In this document: positions 39,639 through 52,435 of the stretch, piece after piece
Layout of the letters: the number at the start of each line of letters is the position of its first letter
How positions within the stretch are numbered: position 1 is the first letter of the stretch
DNA from: Octopus sinensis
Lineage: Eukaryota
DNA: 64,000 nucleotides
Assembly (NCBI RefSeq): GCF_006345805.1
Contig: NC_042998.1
Coordinates: forward strand, 22,506,001-22,570,000
Reading direction: 5' to 3'
Notes under the pieces: model-generated
Seen by the model: only the letters and a program-made list of their open reading frames with translations
Database searches by the model: none
Told to the model about the DNA's origin: nothing
Translations under genes and position numbers: made by a program

Positions 39639-39920
39639 TTGTTCTAGATGATAAAATTGAAAGCGATGAACTCTGCAGGAGTAATAAACGAATAAATCTG
39701 TCACAAAAGATAAAGATTAGCGGATTTCTTTAAGTGGCGTTGAATGTAAGGGATTACGTTACACGTTCCTATGGCTATTTGATTATCTGGGACACAGATT
39801 TTAGTTGAGAGCTCACAGTTATCGTATTAAGTGTCATGTTAGACATTCGAGCAAGTATTGAGAATTTTGATAAATTTTTATATGTTCCTCTTTGGTTTGA
39901 TCACAAATAGTCATATGTGC

Positions 39921-40241
39921 GAGGCGCGTGTCTTGGTGTTTCGATTAATCGATTCACGATCATAAGGCAATGAGCTCGAGTCTCGGCGGCGCATTGTGTC
40001 CTTGAGCAAGACACTTTATTTCACGTTGCTCCAGTCCACTCAGCCGGCAAAAATGAGTAGTACCTGTTATTAAAACAGCTGGTCTCGACACATTCTGTGT
40101 CACACTGTATCTCCTTGAGAGCTGTGTTAAGTGTACGCGTGTCTGTGGAGTGCTCAGCCATTAGCACGTTAATTTCACGAGCATTCTGCTCCGTTAACCG
40201 GATCATCTGAAACCCCCTCGTCACCGTAACCGACGGAGTGT
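39921..40241 (+). mobile_element. SINE G (F head + CORE-like + tail B)
   Basis: 13-bp TSD TAGTCATATGTGC at 39908-39920 and 40242-40254. Confidence 0.88.
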
Positions 40242-40400
40242 TAGTCATATGTGCCTTCCAGCTTATTCTCACAAACAAGTATTTGTTATAAATACACATC
40301 ATTATTCGCCAAATTGAAATGAGGCGTTCAATCCAAATCAATCGACCGTTTGTTTCAAAAACAGTCGATACTTTATCAACGCAACACATTTTTTTTACTT

Positions 40401-41030
40401 AGGGCGGCGAGCTGGCAGAAACGTTAGCACGCCGGGCGAAATGCTTATCAGTATTTCGTCTGCCGTTACGTTCTGAGTTCAAATTCCGTCGAGGTCCACT
40501 TTGCCTTTCATCCATTCGGGGTCGATAAATTAAGTACCAGTTACGCACTGTGGTCGATGTAATCGACTTAATCTGTTTGTCTGTCCTTGTTTGTCCTCTC
40601 TGCGTTTAGCCCCTTGTGGGTAGTAAAGAAATAGGTATTTCGTCTGCCGTTACATTCCAAGTTCAATTTCCGCCGAGGTCGACTTTGCCTTTCATTCTTT
40701 CGGAATCGATAAATTAAGTACCAGTTGCGTACTGGGTCGATCTAATCAACTGGTCCCCTCTCCCCAAATTTCGGGCCTTGTGCCTAGAGTAGAAAAGAAT
40801 ATTTTTCCTACTTAGAGCGGCGAGCTTGGCAGAATCGTTAGCACACCGGGCAAAATGCTTAGTGTTATTTTGTCTGCCGTTACGTTCTGAGTTCAAATTC
40901 CGTCGAGATCGACTTTGCTTTTCATCTTTTCGGGGTCGATAAAATAAGCACTGGCTGAACACTGGGGTCGGCATAATCTACTTATCTCCTCCATAGAATT
41001 GCTGGCCTTGTACCAAAATTTAAAGCCAAT
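40401..41030 (+). mobile_element. SINE cluster: A-A' tandem dimer, then another A'
   Basis: Junction GAAATAGGTATTTCGTCTG at 40628-40646. Confidence 0.85.
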
Positions 41031-41884
41031 ATTAATTTGTTGATATTTTTTAAAAGTAAGGTACCTAGGCAGGGTAACTGGTAAACGTTGAAGCATGTGA
41101 ATTTATTAACAAATTTAAAGCAATCCAACTAGCCAACGTTTGCTGTTACCGTTAGCTACAACATGTACTTATGGTCGCCTTAGTTTGATAATCTCATCTT
41201 TGACTGTTAACTTCCGATTCAATAATTTGAGTATTGAAGATTTACCGGATTTCGCAATTACAAGTTTTAAGTCTGACTTCAGATTATATACAATTCAACG
41301 CAGATTGACTTTTATCGAACCAAACAGAAAAATATCGATGTCAGACTTGTGGCATCCAAATTCTACTCTTAGCTTCCGAATTCTTCTTTTTAGATAAATA
41401 ATTACTTTGAAAAGGAGTATCAAGAATAACGTTTTAGTATCAGTCTTTTATATCTTTAAGCCTAGTTTACAATATTTCTTGATTTGCGTTGTGAATGTAA
41501 CTGAAGCCATTGATATTTTATATAGTCATTCATTAGTGACCGTAGATTTACTTCGGTACAAATATTTCAGATATGAATTTTCAGAACTGCCAGTGATTGC
41601 AAGAATGGCTAAATCAATGATAGGCTTCAACACAGAAGTATACGAGCAAGCGCCGCAGAGAGAATAGAAGCGCTTACTACTTCCGTCAAGGAGTTTTAGA
41701 TCTATATATATTGTTCTTTTCCTTGCATTTGAAAGAAGAAATACAGAGGTTAATTTCCGTAAAAATAACACCTTTGACTCTGATGAGATAACTGATTGCT
41801 CTGCTAGAGGTTTGATTTGAGCTAGTATTCAAATTTTTATTGGCGGAGGCCACAACACACTTTTTAACAAGAAGAGCAGAAACA

Positions 41885-41990
41885 TAGGTCTAAAGTTACC
41901 CTCCCAGGTACAAGTCCGGGCAAGGTTGTTTATGGAAGACCAGCAGTCGCCCATGCATACTGGCCTTCCCTCTCCACGCCACCAGGGAAG
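41885..41990 (-). mobile_element. SINE F tail fragment
   Basis: Reverse complement of about 45960-46040. Confidence 0.65.
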
Positions 41991-43075
41991 TGGTAAGAGA
42001 CAAAAATATCAAACTAAAGTTATGGAACAAACAAATGCAAGGTCATCTTTGTGGCTATTTTCGAAGTATGAGCTTGATCTACGGTTGAAATCAAAGTTAC
42101 AGTTTTGTTTCCCTCGAATTTCGTTTGCATTCGGGAAGAGAAGATCTCAAAATGAATCGCAAATAGATTACTTTCTGTACCGGCCGTTGCATTTTCGAAG
42201 TTACAAATAACAGGCTAAACAGAGTTTCTGATGAGGTCTCGTATATTTCTCAACACACATTATGTTGGATTCATTACTTGTGTCGCATTACAACTTCATA
42301 GGCCGGTTGAATGAAAGCAGATTTTTGAAGAAGTTATGACGTCATGAGTGTCAGATTAACCCAGCGGCAAAATTAATAAACATCACTATCCTCACCCTAA
42401 ATGCTTTATTGCTGTTATCCTATTACGAAACTGAATTCAACTTTTAGGAAGGTCTATCTGTTTAAAGCTCATCGAATACACATCATACTTCTGAGATCCA
42501 ATATACTTCAGATATCTTTAGATGAAGTACTTGAAAGCTTTCAATTCCGATTCACTGGTTTTGCACTTGCTCTATTACGACAGTATTATACTGAATTCAA
42601 CAATTACAAAACTGCTAGGCGTTTAAGTTTGATCCAACACTCGGAACTCTTCCAAAATTTAATACAAATTTAATTCAATTAAAATAATCAGATTGAATGG
42701 TAACGGTAAATGGACAAACTTATTTCGCTTCTGCCGGATGCTAATTAATAGACTTGCAATTCGATTTCTCCGTTTCGATACATTAAACTTGTCTTGCTAT
42801 AAGTGAACTTAATTATTATTTTCCTCATTAATAACTACGGTTGAACGAATGAAATTTACGACTCATATATCATTAATACTGCAGAGTTAACCTCCCTCCA
42901 TTAAATAAAATCGTGATTTTTAAACAATTTTATAATGTACTTTTTACCTTATGCCGCAGAGCAAACCTCGTACTATAAAACAAGTTTAAATTTAGAGTTA
43001 CATTTTCAAAGTTAGGCAATACAAACTAATGTTCATCTATAAGGATTGAGTAACAGAAAGGAATATATACGAATA

Positions 43076-43558
43076 CCGTAAATCCTCGTGTATAGTCCAC
43101 CCTTAAGTATAATACGCAGAGGATTTTTAGGGGGCTGTACTTCTGAAAAACCTAAACCTTGTGAATAATATGCACCCCTTCTCTAACTTCAGTCGTACCT
43201 AATTAAGCCAGCAGCACCTAGTCGAACAAACACTTCCGCGCATGAGTAATACAATAATGGTGATGTTCTTAACTGTTGTATGGAAATGTAAATATGTTTG
43301 CAAATTGTTTTTGTTACATGTTATTCTGTGTTCTGAATACTTTTATTTTAGTAAATGTTTGCTTACTGCAAGTTATGGATGATTATTTTATGACTTCATT
43401 GCTTTCAGGCTTAGCTTAAGGTATTTTCGCGCCCGACATCACAAAATGCATCTGAATAAACATTGCCGGAGAGCAAATAGAGACTCGGACATTGCTTAGA
43501 AAATATTTTTCATTTTTAACCTTGGGGGAAAATGCGGATTATACTCGAGGATTTACGG
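43076..43558. mobile_element. MITE with CCGTA termini (pogo/Tc2-like)
   Basis: TIR CCGTAAATCCTCG(T/A)GTATA(G/A)TCC; TA on both sides; subterminal GTATAAT-CGCA repeats. Confidence 0.82.
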
Positions 43559-43840
43559 TATATCTTTTCATCTTAATAACTTAAGCAATAATAAATTCGG
43601 GTGAAGTTGTTAGTAAGTATTTAAGTTTTGTTTTTGGGTCTGGTTTTGAGTAAAAACAAAATATATAGAAAAACAGTTCGCTCATTCAAATTCGTCACCC
43701 AAATTTATCGCGATTGTTTTCTTTCTAATTAACCCAAATAACTACAAAGACGTTGGCTTGTAAGTAAATATCAAGATTTAGATAAAATAACAGTTAATGG
43801 AACGCTTATTTTCATTTCTATTATTTATCCATTTCACATG

Positions 43841-44150
43841 TGGAGGCACATAGTTAGAGCAGCGGACTCGCGGTCGAGGGACCGCGGGTTCGAATCTCAG
43901 ACCGGGCGATGTGTGTATTTATGAGCGAAACACCTAAGCTCCACGCAGCTCCGGTAGAAGGTAATGGCGACCTTCTGCTGCTCTTTTGCTACAACTTTCT
44001 CTCACTCTTTCCTCCTGCGTCTTGCAGCTCACATGCGACGGACCGGCGACCCGTCCAGGTGGGGAACCTATACGCCAAGGAAACTGAGAAACCGGCCCTA
44101 ATGAGCCAGGCGTGGCCCGAGAAGGCACAAACAACTGTTTTTTCTAAAGG
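43841..44150 (+). mobile_element. SINE with B head and tail H
   Basis: B head; tail GCGACGGACCGGCGACCCGTCCAGGTGGGGAAC...GAAACCGGCCCTAATGAGCC. Confidence 0.8.
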
Positions 44151-44174
44151 ATGAAACAACCCTTTACACATAAG

Positions 44175-44390
44175 GCGGAGAGCCGGCAAAATCGTCAGCA
44201 TTCCAGACAAACTACTTAGCCGCATTTCGTCCGTTTTTACGTTTTGTGTTCAAATTCCGCCGAGGTCGACTTTGCTTTTCGTCCTCCCTCAGTCGATAAA
44301 TTAAGCACCAGCTGAGTACTGGGATCGATGTAATCGACTTACTCCTCCCCTGATATTGCTGGTCTTGTGCCAAAACTTGAAACCAATATC
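44175..44390 (+). mobile_element. Diverged SINE A'
   Basis: A body with the TTGTGCCAAAA-TTGAAACCAATAT tail. Confidence 0.75.
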
Positions 44391-44618
44391 AATCCTCACG
44401 AATGCTAATCTACCTTTCTATCTGTCAGTCTATCTATACAGACAGATGTATTGTGTCTTCAAATATGCGCATTCGTGTGTGTGTGTGTGTTATGCACGTT
44501 TGAGTTTACAGACAGGAGAGAGAAATAAATTTAGAAGTAGAGAATATTATTTATTATCGTGCTAATATTATTCCGTTACTATTCTGAGCTTTATGAATAT
44601 CTTCGATAGTCGAAGTGT

Positions 44619-44993
44619 GGAAGCACTCCGTCGGTTACGACGACGAGGGTTCCGGTTGATCCGAATCAACGGAACAGCCTGCTCGTGAAATTAACGTGTA
44701 AGTGGCTGAGCACTCCACAGACACGTGTACCCTTAACGTAGTTCTCGGGGATATTCAGCGTGACACAGAGAGTGACAAGGCCGGCCCCTTGAAATACAGG
44801 TACAACAGAAACAGGAAGTAAGAGTGAGAGAAAGTTGTGGTGAAAGAGGATCACCACCATCCCCTGCCGGAGCCTCGTGGAGCTTTAGGCGTTTTCGCTC
44901 AATAAACACTCACAACGCCCGGTCTGGGAATCGAAACCGCGATCCTATGACCGCGAGTCCGCTGCCCTAACCACTGGGCCATTGCGCCTCCAC
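44619..44993 (-). mobile_element. SINE family B with tail B
   Basis: 11-bp TSD AGT(C/T)GAAGTGT at 44608-44618 and 44994-45004. Confidence 0.92.
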
Positions 44994-45028
44994 AGTTGAA
45001 GTGTAAACCGTGCGCTACTAATCTCTCC

Positions 45029-45078
<50 letters not shown>

Positions 45079-45194
45079 ATCTCCCTTACTTCCATCCCAT
45101 TACATAGCACAACGGTACAGGTGTCTTCCACAATAATGGGTTGACCAAAGCCATTTGAATGAAATTTACTTGACGAAAGTCTATCAATTTGTTA

Positions 45195-45405
45195 CATACA
45201 ACGATCTCGTGTGTACCGTTGGCGATTTTTTTTCCTCTGTCTTCCCTTCTCTGGATCTTTCCTTCTCCTATGTTTCCGACGAAGAGCTCCGCTCGAAACG
45301 TTAAACCCTCCTTCTTTCCTTCTTTCCTGAGCGTCCAATAATACTATATTTGTTCCACGTCCTCGCGTTGTTGTGTTTTTTTGTGCTTTCTTGTTTGGAT
45401 TAACT
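45195..45405 (+). mobile_element. PLE-terminal-repeat-like module
   Basis: Near-identical to 135-270 with a longer 5' part; followed by TA/CA microsatellite. Confidence 0.7.
45272..45306 (+). ncRNA. Minimal hammerhead-like motif (identical to 138-172)
   Basis: GTTT-CCGACGA-A-GAGC-TCC-GCTC-GAAAC-GTT-AAAC. Confidence 0.65.
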
Positions 45406-45407
45406 AT

Positions 45408-45473
<66 letters not shown>

Positions 45474-45758
45474 CAATAAAAAAAATGGCGGGATCAATAG
45501 GTGATTCATCAACTTTTAGACATTATATTATGTCAACTTATTTATTTATTTACTAAAATGACAATTACAAGAATATACATATTATTTATAACATATTATG
45601 CTTTACATATAAAATATATTAATATATGGCGATGCCCCAGCATGGCCACAGCTCAAGAGTTGAAACTGGAAAACATAAACATAAAATATAAAAAAATACC
45701 AGTAATTATTAAAATATAACATACAGGAATAAATATATATATGTGTGTGTGTGTGTGT

Positions 45759-46077
45759 GAAGGTGCATGGCTCAGTGGTTAGGGGCGTTGAGCTTACGAT
45801 CATGAGGTTGTGAGTTCAAATCCCGGACTGGGCTGCGTTTTGTGTTCTTCAGCAAGACACTTTATTTCACGTTGCTCCTGTTCACTCAGCTGTAGAAATG
45901 AGCTGCGACGTCACAGGTGCCAAGCTGTATCGGCCTTTGCCTTTCCCTAGGATAACACTGGTGGCATGGAGAGGGGAGGCCGGTATGCATGGGCGACTAT
46001 TGGTCCTCCATAAACAACCTTGGGAGGGTAACTTTCTAGGTGCAATCCCATGGTCAATCATGACCGAAGGGGGTGTC
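45759..46077 (+). mobile_element. SINE family F (tRNA-like head, CORE-like, tail F)
   Basis: GGTGCATGGCTCAGTGGTTAGG...GAGTTCAAATCCC; CAGCAAGACACTTTATTTCACG. Confidence 0.85.
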
Positions 46078-46092
46078 AGCATGTATAAATAT

Positions 46093-46149
<57 letters not shown>

Positions 46150-46324
46150 CGCAAACATGCCCCCCCCCACGACCTTAACCAATACAGAAAGAAAACAAAC
46201 GAAAACACACACACATATATCCTTTATAGAAAACATAAATCCAGCGAAGAAGCACACTCTAAGATGTAGAGCAGTGTATATTATATTATGTGTGTGTGGA
46301 AACATATATATGGCCAGGATGCCA

Positions 46325-46520
46325 TGATAGACCGTTAGCTCCTACACGCATTTTTTTCTCTCCTTGTTTTTTTTTTCTGTGTATCTTTCTGTCGAAGAGC
46401 GTAGGCTCGAAACGTAAAAGACTTGTTCTATTTCTATTCCTAAGCGCCATACTTAATACATTTGTTTGTTTGTACTCCACCTGCCTTCGTCTTTTGTTTA
46501 TTTTCGTAAACCTTCCCGTT
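46325..46520 (+). mobile_element. PLE-terminal-repeat-like module ending in (TA)n
   Basis: Homologous to 2890-3065. Confidence 0.65.
46384..46421 (+). ncRNA. Hammerhead-like motif with variant core CTGTCGA
   Basis: Helix I TCTTT/AAAGA, helix II GAGC-gtag-GCTC, GAAAC-GTA. Confidence 0.55.
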
Positions 46521-47458
46521 ATATATATATATATACACACATAGAGAAGTAGAGAGAGAAAGAAAGCGAGAGAGATTGTATTTTGGGCAACCGCGTTACT
46601 GATTGCACCACAAAGTGCCTGATGCCGTTTCCTGTCAAACTTTGCTTATAAATGCTTATTTTTATTTTAACTTCCACGGCATCTCACATAAGAATGGCAG
46701 ATACGTCTTAAGTCCTGTAACAATTAGCAGATTCTACTTGTCTCTAACAAAGTCCAGTATTAAATTCAATACTAATATCCTGTTGGAAAACATGTTAGAA
46801 AGCTTATCGTATGTATTTATACAGTTTTATATTTAAATCCCAATCGTGCACGCCATAAATAAAGAGTTTAAGGCGTGATACTTTGACTACGTTAGTTGTA
46901 GAGTAGCTTAACTGCCAAAGGTTAAACTGCGACAAAATTATCTATGAACCTTATGTGATATATGTTGAGGTTTATATACACATACAACTGGTAGCTTATA
47001 TAATCAATAAAACATTTATTTTCTAAAGCTTATCTTGACAGGGAAGACGAACGGCACTCTCCGATGTTAATCTGTATAACGTGGTCGTTATGAATGTCAC
47101 CAGGAAATTTGATGTCGCTTCAACGCTATATTTATCACATACGAGCGAAAAGGCAAAGAACCAGAAAGAGGAAGAAAAATAAAATGGTAGAGAAGTGTAT
47201 GCGTTGGTGACTGCATGTGTGTGTGTGTGTATGTCTGTGTGTGATATTAGTTCAAACAAATGAACAGTTATCTTTGAATTATTTAACATAATATAGAGAC
47301 TAATTGGAAACATATCTGGTATTTCAGTTTATGTTAACGTATTTTCCCCACTTATTTACTTTCATATCATTGTACGTTCTCACAATTTATTTAAAGTTAG
47401 AATTATTGATATTCTAACCAACCATACACATTGTTTGGTAATGTTTTCTTTCGTGTAA

Positions 47459-47523
<65 letters not shown>

Positions 47524-47693
47524 ATGTTTTTATTTCTATTATCGTATCTCCAAAAGTATAATGGACTTCGTTTGCATTGATAAATATAACAACATTGTTA
47601 GATGTAATAGAAAAATTGTCAATTTTCAAAAGAACGGTTGTTTAAATAGACAATAAAATATACAATTTAAGGTTTATTCCACATACGTGTGTA

Positions 47694-47729
<36 letters not shown>

Positions 47730-48773
47730 GGGTAAATATACACACACATATACACACATACATACTCACACGCGCATATATATATATATATACATATGTA
47801 TATATATATATACACACACACATATATTTTTATGCCTATTCACACACACCATATGTAAATGTGTTTGTATGTATGTTAGAATACACACACACACACACAC
47901 ACATACATATATCATGCACACACATCTATACACACACATACATACATACACAGACGCGCTCAACTCTCTCTTTCTTTCTCTCTCTCTCTCCCTCTCTCAT
48001 GTATACACACACTCTAAAACAACTAAGAACCAGTCAGCGGAGCCTCTCCGTGATCTCTGGAAATGCTACAAATACCAGAACTTCTAACCAACAACCTCTC
48101 ATACCTGCGTCCGAAGTAAGCCAATTCTTTACAACCACAGAGGTTAAAATCTTCCCTCTCTTTATTCCTATATTTCTACAACCTCCCTTAATTCCCTCGA
48201 CGTTACTGTATGTCGAGCAACCTATCTCCACCTTCTTCAAACCTACGAGCCACCGACAGTCCGACAGATTCGCAGGACATCTCATAGACATCTGACTGGG
48301 GAAAATCGAGCACCGGATTTCCTACTACCTGCTTCGAGAAGAAACAGGAGCGCATCTTTTTCCTCAGAACTTACACACTTCTGGATTTAAATTCAGCACT
48401 TCACATTTTCTAAGCAGCACTTCTCTTTGAAGAATACATGGATATTGTTAATAGTCATTAATTTTCAATGGTTATTCTTGAAAATCTCATAGACATCCGA
48501 CTGGGGAAAATCCAGCACCGGATTTTCCACCACCCGTTTCGAGAAAGAACAGAAGCTTATCTTTTCCCTCAAAACTTACGCACCTCTGGGTTCTTCACAT
48601 TTTCTAAGCAGCACTTCGCTTCAACGACTGCTCCAGAATGATAAACTTTATCACACTGTTTCCTCACAATCGTAGCGCTAACCGCATCCCCATCTACTTT
48701 TGTCCCCCTTTCACTACCACACTTTATCCCTCTTACTCTTATACTTACGCACATCCTCCACATATTCACAGTT

Positions 48774-48815
<42 letters not shown>

Positions 48816-48980
48816 CAGATCTTCTTTCGACCACCCCCGGCACATTCATACATTTATTTATACACTCGTATGGGCACACATACAGATACCGTTATCCATT
48901 TCTTATCTTTTCTCTTCGAGATGCACACACCGATACGCGGACACACATCTACGCACACCTACTCTTCTCTCTCTCTCTCT

Positions 48981-49016
<36 letters not shown>

Positions 49017-49123
49017 ATTCATAAATGCATGATCACTGGAACTTTCACACATACATACTTCTAGATTGCGTCACTCCTTATTTTGATTCGCATCATTGAC
49101 ACGTCCATTTCCTTCTTGCAATA

Positions 49124-49273
49124 GTACCTATTTCTTTACTACCCACAAGGAGCTAAACACAGAGGGGACAAACAAGGACAGACAAACGGATTAAGTCGAT
49201 TACATCGACCCCAGTGCGTAACTGGTACTTATTTAATCAACCCCGAAAGGATGAAAGGCAAAGTCAACCTCGA
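49124..49273 (-). mobile_element. 5'-truncated SINE A
   Basis: 9-bp TSD CTTGCAATA at 49115-49123 and 49274-49282. Confidence 0.88.
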
Positions 49274-50187
49274 CTTGCAATAATATCTGTCGCTTCTGTT
49301 TCACCACAACTTACTCTATAGCCAGTTTACACCTTTCTCCCACAGACGCGACTCACATTCTTCTCCAGCTTTTTTCCTTGTGTTCACTCCTCTCTAAAAA
49401 ATGACCACTTTTGTTCTATTTTCGTCAGCCATTTTTCTTCTTCTTTATTGCACATATGTAACAACGTCTTTCTTTTTACATTCTTGCATCCAATTTATTT
49501 CACCTTCTTCTCCGTTTGTACCTTCCTTCAGGCTTTTTACCAATATTTTGCATTTTTTACTAATTTTTCGAATTTTCTTTTCACTCGGAATTCAGTATCT
49601 CAAACATTTTTTCCCCTCTCTTTCAAAATTCAACATCTCGAATCCCGAACCTCTCATACACTTCCCTATCATTTCTTCAAACCAGCACACAATGAATAAG
49701 CAATTTTTTATCCTCACAAGCTTTTGTTTACCCTATTGCTCACACATAATTAACATCGTCCATCTTGCTTTTCCCATCCTATTCAACACCTCTATTTCCA
49801 TACTCTCACACGCTTTTACATCCTTATATACATATACACATCAATAACCTCGCCAACCAGCACCGCCATACTTCCATTCTTGCAACCACCATACTTCTAT
49901 ACTTGCACACATCTATGCACATACATACAACTTACCAAAACAAATGCACTCACCATCCCTTATGACCACTTTCAGGCACAAATATATTCTGACACTAGCA
50001 TCTACATATCTGACATTTCCTTCCTTCTCAGCTGCTCCATAAAACAGCATTTCTTCAGTTTTGTAACACTTTACCTTCCTCCTGTGACCTTCCAAATATT
50101 TTTTAAAAATATTTTGCAGTTATGTTTCGTTTATACTTTCACAATTTCTATCTCCATTCTTCTCCCAATATTTCACTTTTTCTTTCC

Positions 50188-50221
50188 TTTCCGATGAAGG
50201 ACTAACTTCCGAAACGTCAAG
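50188..50221 (+). ncRNA. Minimal hammerhead-like motif (core CCGATGA)
   Basis: TTT-CCGATGA-A-GGA-CTAACT-TCC-GAAAC-GTC-AAG. Confidence 0.6.
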
Positions 50222-50550
50222 AACCTTATTTCAACTCCTCAAACCATATTTATTAAAATTTGTTCTTTCTGTAGTCAATTTGATATCTATTGGCCTTATA
50301 CTAGCACACACAGACATACATATACATATAATATAGAAGACAGAAAGAGCTATAACACCGCCTGTGGGATTCTAATGTCACGCCTACTGCAAAATGAGGT
50401 CAAAAACTTGACCACTTAAATTAGTAGTGACATACTAGTAAACTGCCAACGAGGAATTCAATCCACACAATTTTCGAGACATACCATCACACACACACAC
50501 ATATACGCGCGCACACACACACATACACACGTATGCATGCATACATACCT

Positions 50551-50767
50551 ATTTCTTTACTACCCACAGAGAGGACAAACAAGGACAGACAAAGGGATTA
50601 AGTCGATTTCATCGACCCCAGTGCGTAACTGGTACTTATTTAATCGACCCCGAAAGGATGAAAGGCAAAGTCGACCTCGGCGGAATTTGAACTCAGAACG
50701 TAACGGCAGACGAAATAATACTACGCATTTCGCCCGGCGTTCTAACGGTTCTGCCAGCTCGCTGCCT
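50551..50767 (-). mobile_element. SINE family A
   Basis: 17-bp TSD TGCATGCATACATACCT at 50534-50550 and 50768-50784. Confidence 0.92.
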
Positions 50768-50999
50768 TGCATGCATACATACCTCTCTTTGTATTTGATA
50801 CTGAAGACAGCTAAGAAGCTAGAAAAGTACCTAGCAATTCGTAGGGCGGGGGCTTTGGACAAGCTTTGGACTGGCTTTAGCGCTTTTTAATACTTTCCAG
50901 CTAAGCGAGAAATTTTCAAATGCCTTTTCACAAGTCAAATGTGTTCCCGACATATATTAACTTCACCGGCAGGATTCGAACCCTATTCATTTACTCGTT

Positions 51000-51425
51000 T
51001 ATTTTTTTACTTGTTTCAGTTATTTGACTGCGGCCATGCTGGAGTACAGCCTTCAAAAGGCTTTTAGTCAAACAAATCTTTCCGGGGTAGATAAATTAAG
51101 TACCAGTTACGTACTGGGGTCGGGTCGATCTAATCGACTGGACCCTCCACCCCAAAAATTTCGGGCCTTATGCCTAGAGCAGAAAATAATATTTCGTACA
51201 TAGAAGGCAATGAGCTGGCAGAATCGTAAGCCCGCCTTGTGAAATGCTTAGCGGCATTTCATCCGTCTTTGCATTCTGGGTTCAAATACTGCTGAGATTA
51301 ACTTTGCCTTTTATCTACTCTGGGTTAATAAAATAAGTACCAGTTGAGTACTGAGGTTGACGTAATTGATTTACCCTCACCCCAGGAATTGCTAGCCTTG
51401 TCCCAAAATTTGAGACCAATATTTC
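51000..51425. mobile_element. SINE debris: C tail (-), partial A' (+), degenerate A' (+)
   Basis: Recognisable module motifs in succession. Confidence 0.7.
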
Positions 51426-51486
<61 letters not shown>

Positions 51487-51939
51487 CACATATATATATG
51501 CACACACGTATATATATATTATATATAGAATAAGAAAAAAAGGAAACCTTTGTTGCAGCGCATCTAATTAGTGCTTAATATGAGCAAAATATAACAATAA
51601 TCAAAGTGGATGGCAGATTTTCATAGCTCAAGTTCCTTTATCTTGGGAATACAAAATACATAAGATATTCATCGAGATGTTATGTTTCAAGTGCTCCATT
51701 ATTACAACACCTACCCACCCCCACCCCCCAAAAAGCAGTATTACAAAATCTTACGATCGTTTCGAGGAATGTGTTTGTATTGGGCGAGTTTTCCGGCCGA
51801 TACAAATAGTCGTATTTCTCTCATCAGAGGTACAAATAACTCGATTGAAATAGTTTAAAAATTAAGAAAGCTTAAAATATCTCCTACTTACAGAACTTGA
51901 AGTCATAGCGAGCAGTGTTATATTTTTTAAAAGATGTTC

Positions 51940-52435
51940 GGATTTTTTCGCTTTGACCGTCAGATTTTTAAAATAATTTCTTTGTAACTAAACACTTTTA
52001 AACTTCGTATACTGGTAGAATGTGTTACATAAAACATCGTTTTCTTTTCGATACTAGGGTCATAATTATGGGTGGACGCTAAAGAGGGAACGGTTTTGTT
52101 ATCCAGCTCTGTTTACGAGTGACCCCTCAGTTTATGGCCACAGGGTATCTTTTTTTCTTATAAATAACAGTGACAGATTGATATGACACCACCAAAAATG
52201 TTGTTGACAAAGAACCGGAGAAATTGTATTCACCTCAATAGACGTCATTGATTGGTTGAAATTGCCGAAATGCAAGAAATTAAACAACAAATAGCTTACA
52301 AACTACAGAATTTTCTCAAGAAAGCCAAGAGAAAAAGATGTTTTATGTAACACATTCTATCAGTATACGAAGTTTAAAAGTGTTTAGTTACAAAGAAATT
52401 ATTTTAAAAATCTGCCGGTCAAAGTGAAAAGATCC
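51940..52435. mobile_element. Long-TIR MITE with 8-bp TSD (Merlin- or MULE-like)
   Basis: About 110-bp TIRs (51940-52050 / 52325-52435, >90% identical), GG...CC ends, perfect TSD AGATGTTC at 51932-51939 and 52436-52443. Confidence 0.85.

Larger units (their letters stand above)
48020..50280 (+). pseudogene. Heavily deleted Penelope-like element relic (RT and GIY-YIG C-terminus, hammerhead-like motif at the 3' end)
   Basis: ISTTSLNSLDVTV and FKPTSH (RT C-terminal motifs); DRFAGHLIDI, then IFFLRTYTLLDLN and its duplicate KEQKLIFSLKTYAPLG (48488-48620); motif at 50188-50221. Continuity of 49020-50180 with the element is inferred. Confidence 0.62.

Noticed and set aside
45759-45830. tRNA genes at SINE heads (A, B, C, F)
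   Set aside because: A/B-box-like motifs are present, but there is no complete cloverleaf or acceptor stem and each continues into SINE body.
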